DNA from: Heteronotia binoei | Taxonomy: Eukaryota | Reading direction: 5' to 3' | NCBI RefSeq assembly: GCF_032191835.1 | Contig: NC_083241.1 | Location: 496,001 to 560,000, forward strand | Length of the DNA stretch: 64,000 nt | Part shown: positions 33,770-46,653 of the stretch, in pieces | Position numbering within the stretch: position 1 is the stretch's first letter | How the letters are laid out: every line of letters starts with the position of its first letter | Program-made: the position numbers and the translations under genes | The notes under the pieces: model-generated | Databases searched by the model: none | Told to the model about the DNA's origin: nothing | Seen by the model: only the letters and a program-made list of their open reading frames with translations

Positions 33770-33994
33770 AAGAAAGAATTAGAGGCTCAGAGCGGCTTAC
33801 AATCTCTTATATATTCTCCCCCCACCAGACACCCTGTGAGGTGGGTGGGGCTGAAAGAGCTCTCTCAGAAACTGCCCTTTCAAGGACAACTTCTGCAAGA
33901 GCTCTGGCTGACCCAAGGCCATTCCAGCAGCTGCAAGTGGGGAATCAAACCCAGAGAAGAGTCTGCGCACTTCACCACCACACCAAACTGGCTC
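33770..33994 (-). mobile_element. Squam3-like SINE with a single, partly deleted internal unit, between the CIB1 and SEMA4B 3' ends
   Basis: Homologous to 23489-23842 but with one internal unit. Confidence 0.8.
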
Positions 33995-34793
33995 ACTTCA
34001 CCAAAATGGGAGGGGGCAGGGCCAGAGAGATCACTTCCTTTTCTGGCAAAACCAAAATTAGTTCAGGTCATTGCGGGGGGGGGGGGGCTGCTTGAGAGAA
34101 AGACTGTCAATTGTGGCGAGCAGGGCAGGACACTGAGAAGGAGTGAGGGAGACCTGTCCCCTCCACCCACAAGGCACCAGGCCAAAACAGAAGCCAGGCC
34201 AATGCCCCCACCAAAGAAAACATCTTCACTTTATGTAAAATGCACTCAACAAAGAAACCTCTTGTGCAAGAACATGGGGAAAGGGGTACAACTGCAACCG
34301 CAGAGCGGTTCCAGCTGGGAAGAATTCACATTTTGAGACACTTGCACAACGTGGCATGTGAAAGACGCGTACAGCATTCAACAGTACCAGACACACTTCC
34401 CCCGCCCCACAAAGCAACGAAAGTTTTCTCTCGTCCAAGGGATGGGTGGACGACCTGCCGACTTCAGCACCTGCTCCTCTCTCTCTGCTCCTCTGCAGAT
34501 AGCAGCTGGACAGAGCTCTTGCCAGGCAGCTGCCATGTTTGGTCTTTCCTGCCGGGAAACGGGGCTGGCTGGGCCGTTCCTCCTGTTGCTGCAGCTCCGG
34601 GGACTGGTCACAAAGTCTTGCAGCCTGACTCTGCACGCCCAGCTTCCCCTCTGAGCAAAGGTGTCCACGGGCTGCATGGCTTCTGGTCCTTTGGTGGCAG
34701 CAGTACTGAAACCTGCACTACGGCAGTCTGGGGGCACTGCCCCCCCCCGGACAACCCAGCATGAGCCATTGGCATTGGCTAAGAGCAGCTCGC

Positions 34794-37700
34794 TCACACA
34801 ACTGAGTCCCGGATCTCGGAGCCCAGGCGCACGCGGGGCCGCTGGGAGGGAGCCGGCATCTCCACAAAGCTTTCGTGCACGCTCAGCGCCCGCAGATCGG
34901 CCTCGAGGAAGGCTGTGCCGGGGGGAGGAGCCGGGGTGTCCCGCAGCGGAGTGCTGGCCACGTGCCTGTCGTCCAGCGTCTGGTAACCCCTGTGGTCGAG
35001 AGGGGCGCTGGGGGCGGAGGCACCGTTGAGGGGCAGGGTCTCCGTGGGCAGCCCCGCCTTGTGCAGTTTTTTGGCTGGAGCGCTGGTGCACTTGCCCTGC
35101 TGGAGGAAGGCCTTCATGGTGCTCTGGTGCCGGCGCAGCACAAAGAGGGTCAGGAGGGTGGCGGTCAGGCCGAAGAGCCCGCACATCACCAGGAACTCGG
35201 TCCAGTAGGTCTTGGCCTCCAGCAGGGCCGTGATGCCCCCTGCTGCCACCGCCGCGGGGGAGGTGCTCCGGGAAGTGCTGATGGTGTCCAGGGGGTCCGG
35301 GAGGGGCACCAGCCAGCCCGGCCCCTCCGGCTCCACCCTCACGCAGTAGCTGCCCATCAGCCGGCGGAACCCCCCCTCCTGGGACCAGCACTCGTAGTGC
35401 CCAGCCTGCTCGCGGCTGCCCACCAGCACCAGCTCACCTGTGGGCAGCACCAGGAAGGAGGTGTTGAGGGCAGCCCCCTCCCTCACCCACTGGCGGGAGG
35501 CCAGGTTGGAGAGGCGGGGGCAGGGCAGCGGCTTCACGGCGTTGGCGGTCAGCCACACGGGCTGGCACTTGGCAGCTGGGGGGAGAGAAGGCAAAGGTGA
35601 AGGGGTGGGGCTCCCTCTCTCCAAAAGGCTGCTGCCCCCCGCCCACCACTGGTGCTTCTGTACCTGTCGAGTGGTCCGGCTGCAGGCTGCTGGTCTGGCA
35701 CAGCCGCTTCACGGCCGCAGTCTCAATGTCCTGGGCCCAGGGCCTGGGGGGAGAGGAGGGAAGCGGAGATGGGTATGGGGCGCAAAGGGCACCGGGGGCA
35801 CCAGCGCTTGAAGGAGGCCCGGCTCAGTCTCCCCAGCCCCCCAGGAAACGGGAGCGCTTACACTGTGGGGGGCTGCTGGTGGCGCTGGGCCACAGGCCGG
35901 CAGGCTTCTCCGCTCCAGGCACAGTAGGGGTCCCGGGCCAGGATGCATTCCCCACAACTCTGGTGCAGGCTGCAGTTGGCGACCGGCAACTGCACCAGCA
36001 TGGAAGAAGAGGCTGCGTAGAGCAAGCCCTGCGGGGGGGGGAGGAGGGGCTGGGCTGAGAGGGGATGCCTCTGCATGCAGCACCCAGCAGAGAGCCCAGC
36101 CCTGGGAGGCAACGACAGCAGCAGCCCGGCTGCCCTCCCTCCGTCGGACGCTTGTCCCAGCTGGCCCTTCAGCATGGGCTGCCCCTCCCTCCCTCCCCAC
36201 CCGCCCTGCCCTCCTGCCTTGCCTGGGTGGGGTCCAGCAGCAGCTTGAGGACCGGCTGCCCTGCAGGGAAGAGTTGTAGCTCCTCGACCAGGTGCACCCC
36301 CTGGCCCCTCACCACTGCCTTGTGGAGCCGCCCGTCACCTGCAAAGCACAAGGGCAGCTGCTGAAAGCTCTTCCCCAGCCGGAGCCAAGCGGCTGCACAC
36401 TGAAGGCCGCCTTCCACAGACTCCCCTCTTCTCTTCTTCCCAGCCCTGCTTCTCCACCTCCAAAGGCTGCTGCTTTTGTAGCCAGCAGCCGTTCCCATTC
36501 CCAGGAATTCAGCCCCACAGAGAGGACTTTCTGCCTTCCACTTTAGCCCCAGGCTGGGCAGAGAGTGTGTGCCTGGCCTAAGATGAATCACTGAACTTCA
36601 GGCTTGGGTGTGGACTTGAACCCAGAGCTCACCAGCCCAAGATCTGACACTGGTCCCTCAGCACAGCCTCCCAGTACAGAGACACCCCACCCCCCTCAAC
36701 ATCCGCGAACAGGGAGGGGGCAGCACAGCCAATCCGTTTCTCTGCTGAACTCTGGAAGCAGCAGATAATGAAGGGCACAGGAGCCAGCCTCAGAAGGGAC
36801 CCACACACAGGCCTCCTGGCAGCAGGGCACAGGAAAATGCTCCCTGACAGCAAGCAAACTTTTACGCTGCCCCCCCCCCCAATGCAGAAGAACGACATTC
36901 TGAAAGGGCTGCGGCCCCTCCTCTGCAAGTCAAAGCGAACAATCCTCTCCGGTGGAGCAGGCACTGAACACCGCTGGGTGCCTCTGAGTCACGGAGTGTG
37001 CCCAGACCTGCTCCACACGGAGCCCCCTGCACAACTGAGCCAAGTGAAAGAGAGACAGGTCCCAAAGAGGAGGAGGCAGCAGCGGCTTCTTCACCAGCCA
37101 GGCTCTCCCCTCTTTGGTCCTTGGCCTGCAGGAAACCTGGAAGGTGTCGCAACTCCATTATTTCTTAGAAAAAGGAAGCCAGGACAGATGTGACTTCCTG
37201 GAAAAGGAGGGGCTAAAGGCACCAGCGCAAGTGGGGGGGAGGGGAGAAGGAAAGGGGATGCCATTGCTTCAGATGACAGGCAGCCTAACTTCCACGGGGG
37301 ACGTTTGGTTGGCAATACCAGCCAGAACCCAGCTTGCTGCAGAAAAGCCCCCTTGGAAGCCCACCCTTTCCTGTTATGGGCTGACAGAATGAGGGGGGGA
37401 GCTGCCCAGCACTTAAGACTAAGCCCCCCCCCCCCCCCCAGCAGGCCAGCCCTGGGGGCCATTCAGCTCAGCAGCATCTCTTCCGCCCAGCAGCCAGCAT
37501 CAGCCATCTTGGGCAGCCCGTGGGCTTTCCCAACAGCTCCACTAACCAGAGAGGCCAAAGACTGCCACTGGGTGTCATGAGCCCTGACAAGGAGGAGCTG
37601 GAAGGGTTAATAGACCTGGAAGAGTTTCCAGCCAGTTCCTCAGCTGAACAAACAGCAGCTGGCCCATCAATCACTCTCCAGGCACCAGTGTCAGCTGTTG

Positions 37701-40700
37701 AGGATCAATCTCCTCCAAGCTCTCCTCCTCCCATCTCAAGAGTTCGAAGCAGGCTCCGGAAAGAACTTTCAGAGCGAAGACATGAGGCACACTGCTTCAG
37801 ATCTCTCAGCCCTAAGTTCTAGCAGAGTCTCTGCCACCCAGGGAGCAGGCTGATTGAGAATCCCATATAGCTGCCACCCAGGTCCTGGTAACCTCCTGGA
37901 AGCAACAAGTCTATTCTCTGGCTTGCATCCACGCTCTTCCTGCTCCTGACCTGCTTGATTTCCTTGGCACCCTGACCTTTTGGCTTTTGGACATTGACTT
38001 CTGACTCCGGTTTGTGATTCTGCATTGGTGACTTGGCTCCTGCTTGACTTCCTGGACTGGCTTTGGACTCCTGCCTGCCTGCACCCTAAGAACGTGACAC
38101 TGAGCAATGACTCCTCCTCCTCCTCTTCAGACTCCGTCCTGTGTCTTGGAAAGCCCTGGCCCCCTGGCAGTCACCCCGGTGTTGCCTTCAGCTATCCTAG
38201 TGCCAGCTCTCATGCGAATGGTGCACAGGACCTCTGGGGCCCTTTCCAAGCAAGACTGGGGGGCTGGTCCACTCATTCCACCCCTCACCCCCAGACCCCC
38301 TTTCCCCCGCTGGCCGCCCACCTGTCCCCAGGAAGAGGACGTCGTAGGCGTAGTGCAGGCCCTGGACACGCTGCACACTGATCTGCTGGTAGTGAGCCTG
38401 GCTCTGCGGCAGGAGGGGCTGGCTGCGCACGGCGCTGTCCATCAGGAAGTGGTCCTTCAGGTAGTTGAGCACCCGGTCGGGCATCTGGAGCGAAGAGGTG
38501 ATCTTCATGTGGCGTGTCTGGCTGGTGATGCACTGGAGAGGGGAGGGAGAGGATTGGACCAGCAGCTGCTGATAAGGACTAAAGGGAAGCCCTGGATCAG
38601 ACCAACGCTGTGTCACACAGGGGCCAACCCCCCCCCCCCCCGGTGCCACCAGGAGCTCCACCAGCAGGGGCAGGAGCCCTCCCCCATCACCCCCTGCAAG
38701 CTCTCCCGGGTCTCCAGCATCCATGGCACAGGTGGGACGAAGCTGCAGCAAGAGCCACCCACTTCAGTGTCTCCCCCCGCCCCCAAGTACCTACCGCTCC
38801 AGGGCGGGGCTCTGGCACAGGGTGGGTGTCTGTGTACCACTGCTGCGTCTCTCGGTTGATTTCCTTGTAGAGGCCATTGAAGACTTCCGTCACGGCAGGC
38901 ATGGAGAAGGCGCAGACTGCTGTCCCCACACTGCCCTTCTTATCCCTGGCGGAGAGGAAGAGAAGTCCTGAGTGGGCAAGCAGCAAAGCGAGAAGGAGGC
39001 GTGGACCCCAAACCCCAACGCACCAGCCAGGAACCAAGGAGGCCTGGGAGCCAGTGTTCTGAGATGCCCTGAATGCCTGCAGGGCTGGCCTCTCCCCCTC
39101 CCCCGTCAGCTCTCCCTGCCCCCCCTCCTGCTGGAGTGGATGTGGTCTCCTCCCCCACTCCTGCAGCTCACCACTGAGAGGAGAAGACCCCGTAGAAGAT
39201 GGTCTCCTGCCAGCCCTCTCCTGGCGTCAGCGTGAACATGTCCTGCAGCACGTTGAAGGGGAAGCCGTCCCCGGGGCGGGAGCACAGCAGCTGGGCTTTC
39301 AGAAAGGTTGTCCAGCGCCTCTGGAGCACTCGCTCTCCCCCCACATCTCCCTGGTTTTAAACAATTTTATTAATAACATATGGTTACAATATTTAATTAT
39401 GTCCTTACTATCTCTAACCCATGATATTTTCAAACCCCCCTCCCTCCATTACTAGACTTCCGCCGAAGTTATATACTTAAGTTCAATTAAAAAGGCACCC
39501 CTAACCAATCAAAAATCAATGTCTTTCTTTTCTCCCATTCACATTAAAAAATTGTCCAATGTATTTTTTCTTGCTTCCACAACTGCGCATACAATGTCTT
39601 AGCAGCTGAGAGCAAACACCAAATTAAAGTCCTATCTTTCCGCCCACATCTCCCTTGCAGGAAGGAGGGCAAAGCAGAAACAGCCCAAAGTCAGGCAAAA
39701 CAATCAGTGTTTCACTGGTGACTGGGAACGGCCTGGCCCCGGCGGGACTTAGACAGAAGCTCTTCCCACTTCTGCATTCAGCAGCAAAGGGCATTTTAAA
39801 CAAACTTGTACCCAGGGTGGAGACCACGTTTCAGCCAGGGGGTCTAGAGCTTCAGCAACCCGCCCAGAGCACCTCAACAGGATCTCTCCTTCCTTGGGGA
39901 GGACTTCCTTGGGGTGGAGGCCGTTCCCTGAGCCATCCCCTCTGAGTTCAGAGGAAAGGGTCTCTGCCTGGGATCCTGGAGAGAGCCTGTAGTGCCAGCC
40001 TTATGAGGGGACCCTATCTGGCAGCTGCCCATTCACACACACACACACACACCCAGCAAAGGGCAGGGATGCCCTGGGTGAAACGGTGCAGACACGCTCA
40101 CTTGGGGGCATCCTCTTCCCCAGAGGGCCCACAGCAGGGGCTGAGAGGCTCTTATGGGAGTGCTGGGGGGGGGGACTCCATGCGGATCCTGCCCTGATGG
40201 ATGGATAAAAGGAAGTACTTCTTCACCCAAAGGGTGATTAACATGTGGAATTCACTGCCACAGGAGGTGGTGGCGGCCACAAGTATAGCCACCTTCAAGA
40301 GGGGTTTAGATAAAAATATGGAGCACAGGTCCATCAGTGGCTATTAGCCACAGTGTATGTGTGTATATAACATTTTTTGCCACTGTGTGACACAGAGTGT
40401 TGGACTTGATGGGCCGTTGGCCTGATCCAACATGGCTTCTCTTATGTTCTTATGCCCTCTGGCCACAAGGAGGCTCCCCAGTCCCCCCACCTGCCAGCCT
40501 GGTCTAGAGCAGGAGGCCCTTTGCAAGGCCACAGGACGTGCGGCCACAGCTACATCCTCCAGCCGTGAGTCCCAACTGCGCAGGAAGCACTTCTCCCGTC
40601 CTCTTCTTCTGGCCTTCAGCTTCTGCAGCCAGCTGCCAGTCTGACTTTTATGGGAGAGGGAGAAGCAGCCCTCGCTATCCACATTCTCCACACAGTCACT

Positions 40701-43700
40701 CTCTTATATTCCTGATCCTTGAAACGTCTGATTCTCAGCCTTTCCTTACAGACCCTGCAATCGTCATGATGGTTCTCTCTTCTGCACTGTAGTGTGGCTT
40801 CTGGGATATGGCAACCTGAACTCTACGCAGTGTTCCCAAGATCTGGGCAAGAACGCTGCAATCCTGGCTGCTCTGCTAGCACAGAAACCCCCCCACCTTT
40901 CCACAGCTGGGGCTCAGGGAAATCTTCTGGGGCTGGCCACCGTGAGCCCAGGGCCAGACCTCCTAAAGTTACTCACGCTCCACCTCCTCCTCATTCCTAG
41001 GTCATCGCTGGCTCTCCCTCTTTGGAGAGATCCTTTGGGACCTCTGCGTTCCTGAAGAACTGGTCTGCCACCTGACCGTGCTCAGCAGGACGCAGTTTCA
41101 GGGGGAAAGCCTCCTCTCCCCACCCCCCACCCGGTTACCCTGGCCAAGTTCCACAGTGCAGCACACGTGGCTCTCACCTTGCACACTCGTGCGATGCGTG
41201 ACACAACGGTGTCCTCAAAGAAGTCAAACTCCTTGCCGCTCTCGCTGAAGAAGAAGTACACCTTGTCGTCATCTCCCTGGGGGTTGCTGGGGGGGAGACT
41301 TTCCCGGAGGACAGCGGAGCCCACGAAGGAAGGGTCTGTGCCACGGCCACACCAAAGACAGGCCAGTAAGTGCCAACAGCCCCCTGCCCCCAAGAGAGCC
41401 CCACCCTGGAGTCGCTTGCCGAAGGGGAAGCTGAGAGGGGGCCAGCGGAAGAGCTGCAGAGCCTTGCTCCCTGTGCCTGATCAGCCCAGCCCAAGCTCTG
41501 AATGCAGTGAAGAACCCCCCACCCCACCCCAGCAGGCTATGCTGCCAGTTCTCCTCCCCTCCCCCAATGTACCTTGCAGCCAGCTGAGGGAGTTCTCTGT
41601 CTTGACAGCCCCACGGCTGCTGCTGTGACTGCGCGAGATGGTCGGCTCATTGCCCTGGAAGTTGCTCACCGTCCCCGTGTACAGCTCCCCGTCTGCAAAA
41701 CAGAGCCCCCCCTCACAGCAAGCAGAACCAGCTCCTGGGCCTCTGACCCACCTGAGACCAGGTCCTCCCTCTCCAAACCCTTGGCCTCAGCCCCGCCCCG
41801 GCTGCCTTCTCTCCTCCTCCTCGTGCTCATGGGCCAGTCTTCCCCAGCCCCCTTACCAACAAGAAGGGCCGTGGATCTGTACTCTGGGTCAAAGGGGCAG
41901 CGGCCTTTCCCATCCTCCAGCACCAGCCGCCCCGACGCGTCCCGCTGCAGGCTGAAGTCTGGGATGCTCTGCAAGGGAGAGAGAGATGGGAGGGGGGAGG
42001 GACAATCGGGTGGGGCTCCCTCTAGCCTGGAAGCCCTTCCCCCAGCACTAAGGCTGTCTGCACGTGCTCAGAGGCCCTGCCTGCTTCTTTCTTTGCACTT
42101 CTAGGGACTGAGAGCGGCTGGAGGCAAGTCCCAGCACAGGCAGAACCATGAAGGGATGAGGCCAGGGAAAGCCCTTCCCTTCATTCTCCCTTTGCAAGGC
42201 AAACACTACACCTTGGGGAAGGGGTATACCTCCCCCGCCAGACGCAAAGCCAGCCAGCCAGCCAGGGACAGCAGAGAGCATCTGCCCAGAAATGGGCCTT
42301 GGAACAGCGCCTCTCCCCCAGCCAGCAGCACTGCGCTCCCCTTGGCAAGAATGCCATGGACAGCACTGCCCGTCCGCCAGCACCAGCCTCCCCGAATGCC
42401 ACTCCCCAGCAAGGATGCTCCGGGAAGCCCCAGCAAAGCAGGTGTGCGGGTGGCCACCCAATCCAGCCACCCTCCCACTCAGGCGGCCCTCTCCCCAATC
42501 CCAGTGCTTACCAGGTAGGTGCAGGTGGGGCTGAAGGCGCTGGTTCCACAGGTGTAGAGGTGGGTGTCATTCAGCTGCAGCAGGATCTTGATGTAGTTGT
42601 GGCAGTCTCTCTGGAGGGGGCGGCAGGGCACTGGCATCCAGCCGGGTGGCTCCCCAACCTCCCCTCACCCTGCCCTCTGCACCAGTCAGTCCGCCTTGCC
42701 CCCACCCCAGCTGGGCAGGAGGATGGGCACTCACCTGGGGGTCCTTGCCCTTGAAGACGCACTGCTGCTTCTTCTCCTCCTCGGCAGCCCACAGCAGCTG
42801 CAACAGACAGGGAGCCACGCTGACGGAGGGGGGAGGGGGGCTCTATGCACCTGCCCGCTGCCCTGGCGCCCCTCCCTCCCTCCCTGCACAACTGCCCAAG
42901 GTGCCCCGACCTGCAGGCTGTGGGCTCTGCCCCTGCTTGCGCTCTCTGGCTGTGGGGCTCAAAACCAAGTCCTGGTCTGAAGCCAAGAGGTGGGCACAGC
43001 AGAGAGCAGGGGCCAGAGAGCCCCCCCCCCCGGGGCTTGTTCTTGCAAGGAGAGCACAAGCCTTTGGAAGAGACCCAGCCTCGGCAGGAGGAGCGTCCCT
43101 CCAGCAGACGGAGAGCGGCAGGGGAGGCAGAGAAGGGGGGGCGGGCACTCACGCTGCGATGCTGCGGCCCAGGAGAGAAGGCGCTGGTGTTGAGGGCGAG
43201 GAGGGTCTCGCGGGCCCCCACATACAAGGTGCCCCCATCCGGACTCAGCAGCAGGACGGTGTAGTTGGTGACACCGGGCAGTTCAAAGCGGTGGGCCAGC
43301 CGGCTGGGGAAGTCTGAGAAGAGGCAGGCAAAGAGGCCTGTTGGAGCACAGGTGGCCCAGAGAGTCCCTTGCCCGCCCCAGAGTGCCTTCATGGGCTCCC
43401 ATGGCAGAGACAACGCTGCAGCCCTGCTCCTCCTCCCTGAGCGCTTTGGGGGCCAGCAGAATGCCAGGGGCAACCCCCCCCCCCATGACTGCTTCCCTGT
43501 AAGCAAGAAGGACCTCTGCCCCCCAAGCCCGCCCTGCCCTCTGGGGCCCCACAAGGAGGGAGGGGAGTGATGGGAGCAGACCCCCCCTTGGCTGACAGCC
43601 CCTGGGCCTGAGTGGCCCCAGGAGGGCCTGGAGTGGGCACCGTGGGGGGGGGGGGTTGTGTGCCAGTCTTGCATCCTCATTGGACAGGGAAAGCACATGC

Positions 43701-46619
43701 CCGCAAGGGGCAGGAAACTCGCCTTGGGCTCTTCCTGTTGGCAATCCCTCCCCCCCCCCCGTCTGAGGGGGTTCTGGCATCCAGTCCTGCCCTCCAGCCT
43801 CACCCGCTGGCCAGCTGGCTTCTGCCTTGGGTCTGGGGAAGGGCAGGAAGCCCCCTTGCCCATCCTGCCCCCAGCACTTTATTCACTTCATTGATTCCCC
43901 CGTTTTTCTCCTCAGTGGGAATCCAAAGCAGCTTCCACTCTTCTCCCTCTGCCCCATTTTATCCTCACAACAACCCACCTGTGAGGTAGGCAAGGCTGAG
44001 ACTGCCCCCCCCCCGGAATCCCCCAGCCAGCTTCCCTGACAGGGTGGAGATTCGAACCTGGCCCTCCCAGGTCCTAGTCGAGCCCTGGAATTGCTGTGCC
44101 AGCCTGCGCGGCTCCTCACTCGAACTCGGGCCTCTCCTTGGGGAAAGCCAGCCTGTTTAGGGGGGAGTTGCTAAGATGCTGCCCCCCCATGCAGCCACGG
44201 GAGCAGGGAAGGAGGGAGGCCCCCCCATGAAAGTGCAGCAAGGAGGCCAGGCAGAGGCCCCCCCACCCACTGGGCGTTTCCCAGAGGAGCCTCCTGGGCA
44301 CTGCCTGGCACCAGCGACCTGGGCTGACCCTCCCTGCCAGGTGGAAAGCCTGTTCTGGTAGTTCTCGGCAAGCCTGCACCTGACCCAGGAATCTGCCCTG
44401 CCGGCAGCGACTCTCCAGCACTCCAGGCAAAGCACACCTTCTCCCCCCCAGAGCCAGACTTGCCCACGTCAAAGGAGCTGGCCACTGGGGGGGAAGCCCC
44501 ACCCCAGGCAAAGCCCGGAAGACCCTGCTGGCCCCCCCTCCTCTGCCCAAGAAAGGAGCAGGCAGCTTCCTGCAGCAGCCATGGACGCCCCCCCCCAGCC
44601 CAGGCTCTGCCCCACAGCCTCAGCAGCACACACACCCCTCTCCCTCCCCCTCCCCGTGCACTGCCTCCTGCTTCCACACCCCACCACATGCTGTGACAAG
44701 AGCCCCCCCCCCGGAAAACCCTCTGGGGTGGGGCAAATGTGAGGCAGGCCAGAAGTGGGGGGGAGGGAGGCTTCTGGGAGGTTCCCCCCACCAGCCAGGG
44801 AGAGCTTGGCTTCCCGCCCAGCGGATGGCAGCCTGCTTTCGGGGAGGGGGGGCAAGCAGGCACCATGAGGCCCTCCTTCCTGGCAGGGGGGGCAGAGCTG
44901 GTTCTCAGCAGCGCTCCAGGCAGGGGACACCTGAGACTGGCTGCGGGAGGGGGGCTCCGGAGCACCAGGGCTGCCTGCCTGGGAGAAAGCGCCTGCTGGG
45001 GGGAGCTCAGCACCAACAGGAGAGTCTCTTCTGCTTCCCGGCACAAAAGCAGCCGGAGTGCAGGACAGAGGCTTGCTGGGCCAGGACTGCCAACTCTGCC
45101 CTTGGCCCCAAGCCAGACTGGGAGGGAGGGCCCCGTCTCCCCCTCCCCCTGGGGCCTGTGCCCAGAGAGGGGGAACCCTCCTCCTCCTTCTCTTCCCTGC
45201 ATGAAGCCAACTCCCTTGGCATCCAGCCACACATTCTGCCCTCTCCCTCAAGCTGGCCAGCAGTCAGTCAACTGCCCCCCCATCTCGGCTTCCACACACA
45301 GAAGCACTCTGGGCGAGGTCAGCTCTGACGCCCCCCCCTTTACCCTGCCTACTTAGAATCATAGAGTAACAGAATTGGAAGGGACTTCCAGGGTCATCTA
45401 GTCCAACCCCCTGTGCAATGCAGGAAACTCACAAACACCTCCCTTTCAATTCACAGGATCCACATTGCTGTCAGATGCCCATCAAACTTCTGTTTAAAAC
45501 CTCCAAAGAAGGAGAGCCCACCACTTCCCGAGGAAGAAGCCTCTTCTACTGAGGAACCGCTCTAACGGTCAGGAAGTTCTTCCTCATGTTGAGCCAGAAA
45601 CAATTCTAATTTAATTTCAACCTACTGGTTCTGGTCCTACTTTCTGAGGCAACAAAAAACTCTGCACCTGCTCTCTAGGACAGCCCTTCAAGTCCCATCA
45701 CCTCTCAGCCGCCTCCTCGCCAGGCTAAACAGGCTTCTCTTTGGGCCACTTTGGCAGAGACTCCCCTCCCCTCCATTGGTCTGTCCCTCCAGGGCAAGCA
45801 GCTCCCCCCAAAAAAGGAACATGGGCAGCCAGGAATGCCAGGCCAGTGCCAGTCTTGGAGTAGGCAGAGCGAGCCTTTGCCCTCTGGAAGGGGCAGGCCC
45901 CCCAGCCCACCCACTGGCCCCCCAAGGGGAACAGCAGGGCACAGGGTGCCAAACTAGGGTCTGGGGTTGCCAGGTCAGCATGCCCACCCTGCCAGGGAAG
46001 CTGGCCCGGGGGCCCAGGCCTGACCTGCCACTTCTGCAAGCACAACGTGGAGGAGCAGAGGTGGGAGATGTGGGCAGCCCCTGGGGGAGGCAAAAGTCTC
46101 AGCCAGCCCTCTCTTCTCCCAGGGCACCGCAAAGGAAGTTCCCAAGAGCAGGCGTCATCCGGCACCCAAGATCTGTCGGCCAAGGGCGCCACTCAGGTTC
46201 TGCAGGGGGCACACGGATGGGCATGGGGAGCCAGCACTGGGCCAGGCTGCTGGCAGGAGACTTGTGGGGCGCAGAGCTGGCTCAGGGACTGGAGCCCCAG
46301 AGGCCTGGATGCCCCCCCCCCAGGGCACAGCCACTCAAGAGCTTCCCTGCTCAGCACCTCTGGGCCAGCATGGCCCAAGGAGAGACCTCGTGGGGACATC
46401 AGGCAGAAGGAGGCTTTGCTTCCCGCTCCCTGCCGGAACTCCGGGATGGGGGAGGGTCGCGGCCGGCCTAGTTCCACCCCAGCCAGCCTTCAGACAAGCA
46501 GCCTCCTCCGCAGTTCTTCCGGGTGGCCACAAATGCAGCAGCAAGAGCTCCACCAGCTGAGAGCCCCAGGGGGCCTCTGCCACGTCAGCACGCTTGCTGG
46601 GTTGTTGTCGTCTTCACAA

Positions 46620-46653
<34 letters not shown>

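Noticed and set aside
33630-34240. Overlapping CIB1 and SEMA4B 3'UTRs
   Set aside because: The SEMA4B polyA site cannot be fixed from sequence (ATTAAA near 33676 versus CATAAA near 34230), so overlap is unsupported.
42571-43863. 430-aa ORF as an unspliced SEMA4B N-terminus
   Set aside because: It is open intronic frame around exons 2-3; the true signal-peptide exon is at 50559-50412.
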